Assembly: GCA_963719635.1 (NCBI GenBank)
Contig: CAVRCS010000003.1
Coordinates: forward strand, 7,910 to 71,909
DNA from: an uncultured Thermoplasmata archaeon
Lineage (GTDB): Archaea; Thermoplasmatota; Thermoplasmata; Lutacidiplasmatales; UBA184
Length of the DNA: 64,000 nucleotides
Direction of reading: 5' to 3'
Below, piece after piece: positions 1 through 9,194 of the stretch. The first letter of the stretch is position 1, and the number at the start of each line of letters is the position of its first letter. The translations under genes and the position numbers were made by a program. Below the pieces are notes generated by a model. That model did not search any database. It saw only the letters and a program-made list of their open reading frames with translations, and had not been told where the DNA came from.

Positions 1-42
1 TCACCGAGCTGGCCCGGGCCTGCAGACTTCCGGAGAGACGTA

Positions 43-1221
43 ATGTCGGAGCCCCGGCGTCGGCTGGCTGTGATTTACCAGCGACCCGTAGAGGACCCAT
101 TTTCCGGGGGCTCTACACATCTGAGGGGTTTTGTCTCGCGGCTTAGGCAGTATCACGACGTTGAATATGTAGCGCCTCTCGAAAGGTCTCACCCCGGATT
201 GGTGCGCAAGGACACGCTACTTACGTCGGTCCGCAACATAATCCTCGCCAACCTTCGGGCCTTAGCCTTTGTCGTACACGAGGCTCGGAAGAAGAGGGCC
301 AGCCGAGTGGATGCCATTCTTCTCTTCGATATTTACGCCGCTGTCTTCCCGTTTCTGTGGGCGAAAATCTCGTCTCGTCCCGTTGGCTACTACGTTCAGG
401 ATCTGGGAAGAGTCGTCGCGGCGGCATTTCGAGAACAGGGCTACCGTGGGGCGTGGCTTCTCTCCAGCCTACGCCTGCCGTTCGAACGAATTCTCTTGGA
501 TGAGTCCGACCTGGTGCTAACGGTGTCCAGTGAGATGAGCCGAGAGTTGGTTCGTACGGGAGTCGAGCCGTCTCGACTGATGCTGTGTCCGATCAAGCGG
601 AGCCTGCCAACCCTGGACCCTGTGGCAGTGTCGAGGTGGCAGGACCGACTTGGTACTCGTGATCGCGTAGGCGTCGTGTTCGTGGGTAATCTGAACTATC
701 CGCCGAATCGGAGGGCCGCCGAGTTCATCGCCGGGAGACTCAGGAGCGAGCTACGCGGAGTAGGGGACGGTGCGGTCGTGGTTCTTGTTGGATTGGGGTC
801 AGAGGGTTTCGCAAGCGAAGAGTTGCCACGCATGGTTGGGACAGGTCCTGTTGTGGACCTAGATAGTCTGCTTTTCGCGTGCGACATCGGGATTGCACCG
901 GTGGAAGTCGGTGGTGGTACAAGCGGCAAGCTAGTGGACTACTTGCTCCATGGGCTTCGCGTTGTATCAACGCCTGCCGTATCAGAGGGAATCGTCGGAG
1001 GAGATGCGATCACGATTGCGGGACTTGAAGGGTTTGCGGGCCAGCTCGCACAGGTCATCAGTTCAGTCGAACCAAGAGGTCAGGGATTCCAACGCGCAGT
1101 GACCACAGTTGCGGCGGATGAATACCTGGGCGACAGCGAGATCGCTTCCGTGGCTGCCCGGATCTCAATTGAGATAGATTATCGCACAAGGGGCGGGTCT
1201 GACCAGACCCAGCTGCTCTAG
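43..1221 (+). CDS. Glycosyltransferase, GT-B fold (GT1/GT4-like)
   Basis: 392-aa ORF. The C-terminal half has a GT-B nucleotide-sugar-binding pattern (VGVVFVGNL..., DIGIAPVEVGGGTSGKLVDYLLHGLRVVST). The TAG stop (1219-1221) lies inside the left inverted repeat of the adjacent IS, so the native C-terminus may be truncated. Confidence 0.55.
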   Translation: MSEPRRRLAVIYQRPVEDPFSGGSTHLRGFVSRLRQYHDVEYVAPLERSHPGLVRKDTLLTSVRNIILANLRALAFVVHEARKKRASRVDAILLFDIYAAVFPFLWAKISSRPVGYYVQDLGRVVAAAFREQGYRGAWLLSSLRLPFERILLDESDLVLTVSSEMSRELVRTGVEPSRLMLCPIKRSLPTLDPVAVSRWQDRLGTRDRVGVVFVGNLNYPPNRRAAEFIAGRLRSELRGVGDGAVVVLVGLGSEGFASEELPRMVGTGPVVDLDSLLFACDIGIAPVEVGGGTSGKLVDYLLHGLRVVSTPAVSEGIVGGDAITIAGLEGFAGQLAQVISSVEPRGQGFQRAVTTVAADEYLGDSEIASVAARISIEIDYRTRGGSDQTQLL

Positions 1222-1237
1222 GAGCCTGTTGCACAGC
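1218..1237. repeat. Left terminal inverted repeat of the IS1182-family element
   Basis: ctaggagcctgttgcacagc; 19/20 match to the reverse complement of 2704-2723. Confidence 0.75.
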
Positions 1238-1301
1238 GACGCTTCGCGCCTGACGTGAACTCTGACGGAGGTACTATAGCCGGGGTCGTCTTCCCTCGGT
1301 C

Positions 1302-2627
1302 ATGGAACCCTCGATACCGAAGGCGAACTTCCGTCGCTACGACCCGCACCAGAACCTTCTCCTTCCGCCGAGCCTCGACGACTGGCTCCCCGAGGATCAC
1401 CTGGCTCGGTTCATCTCGGAGTTCGTCGATAAGCAAATCGACCTGACGCTCTTCTCCCACGGATACGACAACGCCGAGGGAGGCAACCTCGCGTTCCACC
1501 CGGGCCTCCTGCTGAAGCTCTGGCTCTACGGCTACTGCATCGGAACCCCCACCTCCCGCAAGGTGGCGCGCGCCACCTTTGACGACGTGGCGTTCCGATG
1601 GCTCGCGGCGGACCAGCACCCCACCTACTCGACCCTCGCGAGGTTCCGCGAGCGGAACCTCGGGAACTTCCACGCGCTGTTCCTCCGCGTGCTGAAGCTC
1701 TGTCAAGAGGCGAATCTCATCGGAGGGACCCGCATGGCGCTCGACGGGACGAAGGTGAAGGCGAACGCCTCGAAGCACCGTGCGATGAGCCACGGCAAGA
1801 TGCTCGAGAAGGAGAAGCAGCTCGACGAGGAGCTGAGGAAGAGCGTCGAGGAGTACTTCCGGAAGGTAGCGGAGAACGACGCCGAGGAGGATCGGCGGTT
1901 CGGGAAGGGGAACAACCCGTACAACGCCATCCCCGGCGTGAAGACGGCGGCGGATCGGAGGGAGAAGATCCGCAAGGCGATCGAGGCGCTGGAGGAGCGG
2001 GAGCGGCAAAAGGCGAAGGCGGCCGGGAGGGAGGCCGAGCCGATCGATCCGAAGACGCAGTTCAACTTCACGGACCCCGACTCCCGCATCATGCCGGACG
2101 GAGCGAACCGAGGCTCGTTCGTGCAGGCGTACAACTGCCAGGCGATGGTCGATGAGAAGGCGCAGATCATCGTGGCCGCCGAGGCGACCCAGGCTCCTCA
2201 GGACCGTCGGCAGTTGGTCCCGATGACCGAGTTGACCCGCCAGGATCTCGGGTTCCTACCTCGAGAGATCGTGGCCGATGCGGGCTACTTCGGCGAGGAG
2301 TCGATCCAAGCGGTGGAGGACTTCGGGACGATCGTCTACTGCCCGCCGGAACCGGGTAAGACCGCCGAGCGAGCCGCGTGTCCCCGAGGGAGGCCACCGA
2401 ACGACGAGACGTTCACGCAACGGATGCGTCGGAGGGTCCGGAGTGCCGAGGGCCGAGCGCACTACGGCCGAAGGAAGTGCATCGTGGAGCCGGTGTTCGG
2501 CCAGGTGAAGCAAGGTCGAGGGCTGAGGCAATTTCTGATGAGGGGATTACGGAAGGTCCGAGGCGAGTGGCATCTGTGGGCCCTCACCCACAACCTCGGG
2601 AAGTTGTATCGGGCGCAGGTCGGATAG
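1302..2627 (+). CDS. IS1182-family DDE transposase
   Basis: 441 aa. N-terminal LLPPSLDDWLPEDHLARFI / HPGLLLKLWLYGY block, DGTKVKANAS, DAGY...EPVFGQVK C-terminal block. These are hallmarks I recognise from IS1182/IS5-group transposases. Confidence 0.9.
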   Translation: MEPSIPKANFRRYDPHQNLLLPPSLDDWLPEDHLARFISEFVDKQIDLTLFSHGYDNAEGGNLAFHPGLLLKLWLYGYCIGTPTSRKVARATFDDVAFRWLAADQHPTYSTLARFRERNLGNFHALFLRVLKLCQEANLIGGTRMALDGTKVKANASKHRAMSHGKMLEKEKQLDEELRKSVEEYFRKVAENDAEEDRRFGKGNNPYNAIPGVKTAADRREKIRKAIEALEERERQKAKAAGREAEPIDPKTQFNFTDPDSRIMPDGANRGSFVQAYNCQAMVDEKAQIIVAAEATQAPQDRRQLVPMTELTRQDLGFLPREIVADAGYFGEESIQAVEDFGTIVYCPPEPGKTAERAACPRGRPPNDETFTQRMRRRVRSAEGRAHYGRRKCIVEPVFGQVKQGRGLRQFLMRGLRKVRGEWHLWALTHNLGKLYRAQVG

Positions 2628-2703
2628 GACGAAACGGGGCGTCGGAGTTAGGGATCCGACGAACTGGAAACCGCAGAGACCCGGTAGGACATCAACTCGG
2701 AGC

Positions 2704-2723
2704 TGTGCCACAGGCTCCTAGTG
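2704..2723. repeat. Right terminal inverted repeat of the IS1182-family element
   Basis: gctgtgccacaggctcctag, reverse complement of the left IR with one mismatch. Its terminal TA is the insertion point of the next IS. Confidence 0.75.
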
Positions 2724-3859
2724 CCGCGTCTAGCGGGAGAGTTCGAGGTTTCTGACTTCTAGCGCAAGTACTTTCCCGGAGGAGGTGATGCCTCCTCCCC
2801 ATGCTGCGAATCCGCGAGCTTTCGGACGAGGAGGGCCACGCTCTCAGTCGACTGGTGAAACGCTCCAACGACCCGACCGTCGTCAAGCGCGCGATGATCG
2901 TGCTGCACTCGTTCCAGGGTTTCTCCCCGCCCAAGATCGCGGCCCTGGTCCTCTGGAGTGAGGACTGGGTTCGACGGGTGATCAAGGACTACAATCGCAT
3001 CGGTCGGGATGCCCTCTACCCGAAGAAAAGCCCGGGCCCCGAGCCGAAGTTCACTCCCGAGGTCCGCAAGGCCATCGTGACCTTCGCCCTCTCTCGGCCG
3101 AAGGACCACGGGTGGCAGGGGCCCACCAGCTGGTCCCTCGACCTCCTGCAAGAGACCCTGGTCTTCGAGGGAGTCGTGGAGTCGATCAGCCGCGAGCGAC
3201 TGCGGCAGATCCTCGTCGAAGAGTCGGTGACCTTCCAGTCGGTGAAGACCTGGAAGAGTTCGAAGGACCCCAAGTTCGCCGAGAAGCTACGACGGCTGAA
3301 CGAGCTCGCCAACCGCCCGCACAACCCACCCATCGTGGTCTCGGTGGACGAGATGGGTCCGATCTCGCCCCAACCCTACGGGGGCCACACCTGGGCGCGG
3401 TCGGGGCACCCCGACCGAGCGCCGGCGACCTACGAGCGAAGGGGAGGCATTCGCTATCTGATGGGGGCCTACGACTACTACCACCATCGGTTCCGGGGCT
3501 ATCTCTCCCCCTCGAAGAACGGAGCGGGGTACGTGCGGTTCCGCCACTGGGTCCGAAGGAAGTACCCCTCGGGCGGACGGATCTATCTGATCCAGGACAA
3601 CCTCTCGACGCACACCACACCGGCGGCGGTGGCCGCGGCCCGAAGGCTGAGGATCACCTTCGTACCCACCCCCACCAACGCCAGTCACCTCAACCCGATC
3701 GAGACCCACTTCCGAACGATACGACGGTGGGCGTTCACCCGGACCAACTACGTCAGTTGGGACGAGGCGGATCGGTCCCTACAGTACGCCATCCGTCGGC
3801 TCAATCGAGTCCACTGCGCGACGAATTCACGTCCCGCACTCCGCTGGTGGACGCGGCAC
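2723..3859 (+). mobile_element. IS630-family insertion sequence (about 1.14 kb) flanked by TA/TA
   Basis: Terminal repeats gtgccgcgtc (2723-2732) and gacgcggcac (3850-3859), each abutted by TA (2721-2722 and 3860-3861), the classical IS630/Tc1 target duplication. Single intact transposase ORF. Confidence 0.8.
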
Positions 3860-3862
3860 TAG
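2801..3862 (+). CDS. IS630-family DDE transposase
   Basis: 353 aa. HTH-like N-terminus, then a DDE domain with VDEMGPI..., YLIQDNLSTH..., HLNPIETHF motifs typical of IS630. The stop codon uses the flanking TA. Confidence 0.9.
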   Translation: MLRIRELSDEEGHALSRLVKRSNDPTVVKRAMIVLHSFQGFSPPKIAALVLWSEDWVRRVIKDYNRIGRDALYPKKSPGPEPKFTPEVRKAIVTFALSRPKDHGWQGPTSWSLDLLQETLVFEGVVESISRERLRQILVEESVTFQSVKTWKSSKDPKFAEKLRRLNELANRPHNPPIVVSVDEMGPISPQPYGGHTWARSGHPDRAPATYERRGGIRYLMGAYDYYHHRFRGYLSPSKNGAGYVRFRHWVRRKYPSGGRIYLIQDNLSTHTTPAAVAAARRLRITFVPTPTNASHLNPIETHFRTIRRWAFTRTNYVSWDEADRSLQYAIRRLNRVHCATNSRPALRWWTRH

Positions 3863-4199
3863 GCGGCCGAATACCAGGCCGTTGGGGAGTATTCTGCTCG
3901 TAGCTTAGCACGTCCAACATGCCCCCGTGTGCAAGGGAGAACCCCTGTAGGCCGACTGTCGATGAGGCTAGCTGCTCGAACGACTCCAGGCCCGGGTCAA
4001 AGTGGTAGTTCCGACCTGGGCGGCAGGGAACCACTAGGCTTGGTGCGGGCCCACCCTGGTCCTGACGAAGTTCTGAACTTGTGTCCACGGGCTTTCGTGG
4101 CCGCACGTGCTGGCCGGGAAACACCGGCCCCCGTCCCTTCGACCCAGGCTCGACGCACCGTGGAGCCGATTTCCGACTGGCACTGGTGGGCCAGTGGGG

Positions 4200-5168
4200 T
4201 TAGGCCTGTTCCACGGCGGAGTCGACCCCTGAGCGTTCCCGGACTAGTTCCTCTGGGCCGGGGACTCGGCTATCCCGTGAGTTTGCCGGCAGGGAGATAG
4301 CATCGATTTCGTCAGGTTCGCCCAACTGAAACAGCGAAGCAGGGCTCTGGACGCTCTCCCCAATTGTTCGTGGCTCGCCACGGTGCAGTGACTGTGTGGC
4401 ATAACCGTTTGTCAGTTCGCCGAGAGCGTAGTACATGCGCCTTGCCGTGCCCGGGGCGACCAAGCGGCGCGCCGGAGAATGGTAGAGTCGTAGGCCAACC
4501 AGGGCTACGATCATAGCGGGCACGGCGCGGACTGCCCGAAGGCGAGAATCGGAATCATCTCGCCAGTCTACCTCCACTTCTCGGAGTGAGAGTCCTCTCC
4601 GTTCCCAGTGATAGAGGAGGTCCAAGTCGAAAGCCCAGTCTCGTATCGCGACGGCTGACAGGACCTCTTGTAATGGCTCGGTCCGGAAGAACTTGGCACC
4701 GAACTGGGTGTCTTTGACCCTCGTCAGAAACAGGGCTCTCGCGCTCGCACTCCAGCACATGCTCATTATCCGACGAGAAAGGGGTCGGTGGTCCCCAATC
4801 CGTCTCTCACTTACGCGCACCGCGATCGCCGCATCCGATGCATCGAGCTCACGAATGAGGCCAACTACGTCCCTCGGCCCGATGGGGCCATCCGAATCTA
4901 CGAATCCAGAACGGTCATACCTGGCCCTCTTCAGGCCCGCGATGACCGCACCGCCCTTTCCGAGTCGTGATCCGAAGCGCAGGACCCGGAGCATCCCGTG
5001 ACTGGTTGGAGGCAGCAATTCCGTCGGTAGAGTCTGGTCCCCATCGCAGACAATGATGACTTCGTACGGCAAGTTCTGCTCCTCGAGCGAGGGGACATAG
5101 CTCTGGAGCGTCCTAGTGAGGCGCGCGTTATCGTTCCAAGCAGGGATTACGATGCTAACGCCACGCAT
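4200..5168 (-). CDS. GT2 glycosyltransferase (dolichyl-phosphate sugar synthase-like)
   Basis: VSIVIPAWNDN..., YEVIIVCDGD, GKGGAV, FVDSDG, DTQFGAKFF are GT-A/GT2 signatures. Start taken at the second ATG (5168); the ATG at 5192 is also possible. Confidence 0.75.
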   Translation of the reverse strand: MRGVSIVIPAWNDNARLTRTLQSYVPSLEEQNLPYEVIIVCDGDQTLPTELLPPTSHGMLRVLRFGSRLGKGGAVIAGLKRARYDRSGFVDSDGPIGPRDVVGLIRELDASDAAIAVRVSERRIGDHRPLSRRIMSMCWSASARALFLTRVKDTQFGAKFFRTEPLQEVLSAVAIRDWAFDLDLLYHWERRGLSLREVEVDWRDDSDSRLRAVRAVPAMIVALVGLRLYHSPARRLVAPGTARRMYYALGELTNGYATQSLHRGEPRTIGESVQSPASLFQLGEPDEIDAISLPANSRDSRVPGPEELVRERSGVDSAVEQA

Positions 5169-5551
5169 TCGCGCAACCCCGTCTAACGGCATAACAAGTC
5201 GGTAGGCAGCTATTTGTCGCTATCTCTGCGGTCCACGACCCTGAGCGCGGTGATTGCAAGCCTCTGGGCTCTGGTCTCTGCCGCCCGCTGGACAGGCAGT
5301 GAGGGCCCGATGGGCCGCGTGGATTTAACTCGAACACGGCTTCAGGGAGGTCAACGGGCCCCACTCGTCTCGCGCCAAATTTCTATCGACCTCCGCCACA
5401 ACACGACGCGCCAGGCAACTCGCGGGCAGGCCTCCTCCCGGAGTACCTCAATAACGGGACGCGCCCTCCTCGCGCGGGCTGGTGGGGTATTACAGCGGCG
5501 ATGGTTCAGGGCGGAGCCGCGACCCCAAGAGAGTCTTCGCCTCCCCCGAGG

Positions 5552-6217
5552 ATGGCTGAACTAGCGGAACGAATGGCCGCCGCCGTGCGAGAGCATCATC
5601 CCGCTGCGATAACCGGGCTAGATGTCGGAGCACAGCATGGGGAGCTTACGGCTTTGCTCAGCCGCGCCCTCGGGATTGGGTTCGTTGGGGTCGAACCGGG
5701 TGCGGTGCTCCCGCGCAGAGATGATCGCATTGTCCAGCTGATCAGCGGGATTGCGCGGGCACTCCCCTTCAGAAACGGCTCGTTCGACGTTGTCTCCCTC
5801 GTAAGCGTGGTCGAACACATCAATCCCCCGGAGAGAGTCGGGTCTCTCCGCGAAATCCGTCGGGTCCTGAAACCAAACGGGGTAGTAGTCGGCCAGATGC
5901 CGAACATGTATCTCCCGGTAGAGATACACAGTCTTCTTCCGTTCCAGTCGTATCTCCCCCATGGACTAGGGAGCTGGTACGTCCGCAGATTTTCACCAAG
6001 AGCGTGGCGTGGAGAGGGCTCGACTTGGTTCAGGGTAGCACCCCGAGATCTAAGGGCGGCTGCAAGGCTTGCCGGCTTTCTAAGCGTTAGAATCTGGGGC
6101 GCCAACTACCCACGCGGGCTGCTCCCGTCCCCTCTGAGGCCACTTTACCCTCTTCTTTCTGCGATTCCAATGGGGTTCGACTTCTGCCTGGGAACGTCGG
6201 CCCGGACCCAAGCGTAG
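5552..6217 (+). CDS. Class I SAM-dependent methyltransferase
   Basis: LDVGAQHGELTALL (motif I-like), FDVVSLVSVVEHI, LKPNGVVV. Start placed at the internal ATG 5552 (ORF opens at 5501). Confidence 0.7.
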   Translation: MAELAERMAAAVREHHPAAITGLDVGAQHGELTALLSRALGIGFVGVEPGAVLPRRDDRIVQLISGIARALPFRNGSFDVVSLVSVVEHINPPERVGSLREIRRVLKPNGVVVGQMPNMYLPVEIHSLLPFQSYLPHGLGSWYVRRFSPRAWRGEGSTWFRVAPRDLRAAARLAGFLSVRIWGANYPRGLLPSPLRPLYPLLSAIPMGFDFCLGTSARTQA

Positions 6218-6393
6218 CGGCGGGACCGGACACTCCGTTTCGCGGACTGGGGCAGGAATTCGCAGCGTACAACCTGAATTGAACACACCGCGCGCCGAGG
6301 CGATAGCCGGGCCCTCAAGGCCGGTCGCCCAGCCCCGGGCGCAGATCACTGCTGGTGCGCCAGCAAGGCGAGGGCGGAAAGTGTTGTAATCTA

Positions 6394-6401
6394 GTATATA
6401 T
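6394..6401 (+). promoter_or_regulatory. TATA-like box (gtatatat) 25 nt upstream of ATG 6426
   Basis: Only AT-rich octamer in a GC-rich spacer. Spacing fits an archaeal leaderless promoter. Confidence 0.4.
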
Positions 6402-6425
6402 CCTTAGGAGCCGTACAGGATAACA

Positions 6426-7073
6426 ATGAGACTGGCGACGACGGCCTACCGCGAATCCGGTGAGCACCCTCTTCCACGGGGTCTCGCGGTACCCGTTCCG
6501 GCTCCAAACCATCGCCCGCGCGTCGAGTATCGATTTCGGGTCCGTTCCGAGGATGACGTCCAGACCCTTCACCGACACCGGCTTCCCATCCACCTGCTGA
6601 GCGCGACGAAGGTCTCCGACATGGGTTATCCGATTGCCTTCCCGTCGCAGGCGGTAGTCGCCCAGTCGCTCCTACCGCTTCTCGAGACCCGCCTCGGGGT
6701 GATCCCGTTCGGCTCAACCAGGGCTGCCGCATCGCCTCAGGACGAGGACACGGTTGTTGCGATGCTCCGGTTCGACTTGATCGGAGCCCGCGCGATTTGG
6801 GACCGGAGTCAGGACCGACTCGACGAGACGTACCTCCTGCGACGTATCCTCGAGGAGGAGCTAGAGCGCCGAGCGTCTTTCGTCCGGTTCTTTGATGTCC
6901 TTCCGGGGATCCCGAAGACCGACTTCGCGCTCGACCGCGCACGGTTGGAGCGAAAGCTCCGAAAGCATGCCGCGGCGAGAACGCCTCCGTCAGTCAAGAC
7001 GTCGAGCCGGATGAGATCCGCGCAGTCGGCGTGTGGCTGCGTTCTGAGATCGGCGTCCCGTTCGTCTTGGTAG
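6426..7073 (+). CDS. Hypothetical protein (N-terminal 60 aa doubtful; probably fused by frameshift to the next ORF)
   Basis: The region from MGYPIAF (6615) onward looks protein-like. The first 190 nt look like a shadow of an antisense ORF (6315-6671, minus). The downstream frame stays open without a start codon, which suggests a single disrupted gene. Confidence 0.35.
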   Translation: MRLATTAYRESGEHPLPRGLAVPVPAPNHRPRVEYRFRVRSEDDVQTLHRHRLPIHLLSATKVSDMGYPIAFPSQAVVAQSLLPLLETRLGVIPFGSTRAAASPQDEDTVVAMLRFDLIGARAIWDRSQDRLDETYLLRRILEEELERRASFVRFFDVLPGIPKTDFALDRARLERKLRKHAAARTPPSVKTSSRMRSAQSACGCVLRSASRSSW

Positions 7074-7564
7074 GCGGGTCGGCGATCAGGATCGCGCTCC
7101 CGGTCGGGACGAAGGATGTCGCTGTACTCGTCTCCGCCGCAGACCTCGAGAAGGCCGACTCGCTGATCGAAGGGCGGCGGGATGCCTACCCCCTCCAGCC
7201 GGCAACGGGAACTATCCGCGGGACTGAGGTCTCGATTGGGGAATCTCGGGTCCAGGTGGACTTTCTCTCTGCGGGGCCCTTCGGCGGCGATGAGTTCCTA
7301 TCGTTCGTCCGGAGCCGGGGTTCCCTCCGTTACGAGGACATTCTCCGGGCACGGCCCGCGGTCGTCTTTTACATGCGACTCGCACTGGATGACTGGCGCG
7401 AAAACATCCCAAGCATCGAGCGGGATCTCCGCGTCGGGATCCCCCGTTCAACCCTCGCCGGGGCGGTGTCAGTTGCCCGCCGATTCGGTCGGGGTGACGA
7501 AATTGCGCTCCGGGTCAAGGCTGTTCAAGAGCTTCTCCGGAGCCTGGACCGTCCCAGCGAATAG
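7031..7564 (+). CDS. Nucleotidyltransferase-fold protein (DUF2204/DUF6036-like)
   Basis: GVPFVLVGGSAIRIAL..GTKDVAVLV resembles the minimal NTase G-S...D-x-D core. The frame is open upstream to about 6975 with no start codon. Confidence 0.5.
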   Translation: MWLRSEIGVPFVLVGGSAIRIALPVGTKDVAVLVSAADLEKADSLIEGRRDAYPLQPATGTIRGTEVSIGESRVQVDFLSAGPFGGDEFLSFVRSRGSLRYEDILRARPAVVFYMRLALDDWRENIPSIERDLRVGIPRSTLAGAVSVARRFGRGDEIALRVKAVQELLRSLDRPSE

Positions 7565-8133
7565 GGAGTCCGCACCCACTGCGGGGTAGGTGCGAAGGAA
7601 GTTGAACCGTGGCGGCTCCCGTCGAACGAACCTGCATTCTGCGTTGCAAACCTAGGGCTGGCAGCATCCCCGGGCAATCTGGTCGACTCGCGATGAACGT
7701 AGAGAGATTTTCCGCTGGCGAGGCCGTGAACTAGCATACCGACGGTCGATAGCCCGAGGCTTTCAGCGCACGCAGCGAGCGCGCGGTCGCGAGTCACCAG
7801 GGTGTGGCCGGCGGCTAGCGCGTAGCCAGCGATCATGACATCTGGGGCGCCGGGGCTCGTCCCGGTGCGTTGAAGCTCGGCTCGGAGCTCCGCGGACCGG
7901 CGAGCCGAGTCAAGATCGAACGGCTCGAACGGAATCTGCCGAAGCAGGACCTCCAGCTTCGCCCTCTCGGAGCGCGACCGGGAGAACTCTACCCCCGAAA
8001 GCACCTCGAACACCGCGATGGCACTGAGGACTGGAACTAGGCCCTGCCGCTCAAGCCGGTCGAGTTCCTCCAGCGCGCGACGGTCCCCGCGGAGTACGTC
8101 GATCAGCACACTGGAGTCAAGCGTGACGCCCAC
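7525..8133 (-). CDS. vapC: PIN-domain ribonuclease toxin (VapC-like)
   Basis: VTLDSSVLIDVL..., AIAVFEVL..., DVMIAGYALAAGHTLVTRD give the PIN acidic-residue pattern. GTG start at 8133 overlaps vapB by 17 nt. Carries an unusually long (about 70 aa) C-terminal tail. Confidence 0.75.
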   Translation of the reverse strand: MGVTLDSSVLIDVLRGDRRALEELDRLERQGLVPVLSAIAVFEVLSGVEFSRSRSERAKLEVLLRQIPFEPFDLDSARRSAELRAELQRTGTSPGAPDVMIAGYALAAGHTLVTRDRALAACAESLGLSTVGMLVHGLASGKSLYVHRESTRLPGDAASPRFATQNAGSFDGSRHGSTSFAPTPQWVRTPYSLGRSRLRRSS

Positions 8134-8380
8134 GGCCGTGCCCCCCGTGCCTCGCGAACTTGATCGCCTCAACCGGCATCTCCCGTTTCCTCATCTCGGC
8201 GATGGCACGCCGAACGGCCAAGGCCTCCCTCGGAGGGAGGACCCCCGCCAGAACCCGAAAGGACGGCCGCGAGTCGAGGAGGATGCGGTTGATCGTCTCC
8301 GAGAAGCTCTCGCCCGGTCGCTTGGCGGCTCGCAGGCGTTCATATGCCGACACTTCGAGGGAGACGGTACGACTGCTCAC
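8117..8380 (-). CDS. vapB: COG1753-type antitoxin (archaeal VapB-like)
   Basis: SSRTVSLEVSAYERLRAAKRPGESFSETINRILL matches the consensus I recall for the archaeal VapB/COG1753 family. GTG 8380 is chosen because the TATA-like box lies 23-29 nt upstream; the ATG at 8392 is the alternative. Confidence 0.75.
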   Translation of the reverse strand: MSSRTVSLEVSAYERLRAAKRPGESFSETINRILLDSRPSFRVLAGVLPPREALAVRRAIAEMRKREMPVEAIKFARHGGHGRGRHA

Positions 8381-8402
8381 GGGGCTACACATCTACAGAC
8401 CG

Positions 8403-8409
8403 CTATAAG
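8403..8409 (-). promoter_or_regulatory. TATA-like box (cttatag on minus strand) for vapBC
   Basis: AT-rich heptamer 23-29 nt upstream of GTG 8380. Confidence 0.35.
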
Positions 8410-9194
8410 TAGAGACCCTGTTCCCGCGGCGGTTCGGACCCCGTCCGACGAATCGGCGCCAGACGCGCCCGAAAACCTCGGCGCTCCCATTGGGCTGTCG
8501 CCGGCCGCGAGGTGCGCCTCTCTGTGAGAGGGGCCATGCGTCTCGAGGATCGAGCGAGGCTGGCCGTCGACGGTCCCCTCAAAATGACTGGACCGCATTC
8601 GAGGCACATGCCGCTGCACGGTCCGACGTCTCCACCCCGGATAGATGAGGAAGGGGCGCGTGCCGCAGGTGCTCGGGTCGGGGGCGCCCTCGCAGGGGCA
8701 GTCCGTCCACCATCAACTCGGTGCTCAGCCTGCATTGAGGGCTCGACCTCTGAAGTGCCGAAGGGACCCTGGCGGTTCGCCGGGGGATCCACGGGGACAG
8801 ACATGGTAGACGACGGCTTGCCGGCTTGGCAACCCCGGATCACATTTGGGCACGCGCTCCCAGTCCGGGTGAATTGGGCGAGCGCACGTCAGCTCAGGGC
8901 GACCCTTGAAGCCGGTAGAACGGGGTCAGCGACCACCCTAAATGCTAACCTTACAAGCGAGAGACCCGTCGTAATGTGACATGGCGTATCCCGAACCGAC
9001 ACCGGACGTGAAGGGGAAGGCCGCTAAGCAGCTTCTCGAAGAGCTCGGGCAGTCAGACTCTGCCGGCCGAGCAACTGTCCGGTGGAAGGGTTCGAAGGAC
9101 ACTTACGAGAGGCTGCGTCCCAAAGGGTCAGGCAAGTAGTCCTGAGCCGCGATGAAGGCGGCTCGGGCCCCGCCTGGACCGAAGAAAGGAGTAT

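Larger units (their letters stand above)
1218..2723 (+). mobile_element. IS1182-family (IS5-like) insertion sequence, about 1.5 kb, apparently intact
   Basis: One transposase ORF bounded by 20-bp imperfect terminal inverted repeats: ctaggagcctgttgcacagc at 1218-1237 versus the reverse complement of 2704-2723, ctaggagcctgtggcacagc (19/20 match). No clear target duplication seen. Confidence 0.8.

Noticed and set aside
3863-4199. Minus-strand ORF 3801-4124 (…NYHFDPGLESFEQLASSTVGLQGFSLAHGGMLDVLSYEQ…) downstream of the GT2 gene
   Set aside because: Partly protein-like, but it crosses the IS630 boundary at 3861 and has no recognisable family or start. It may be a relic of a gene destroyed by the IS insertions. 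The evidence is insufficient to call it.
8403-8979. ORFs 8403-8843 (-), 8512-8979 (+) and 8377-8619 (-)
   Set aside because: Mutually overlapping, Arg/Pro/Ser-rich, and with no motifs or sensible starts. Treated as non-coding or decayed sequence.
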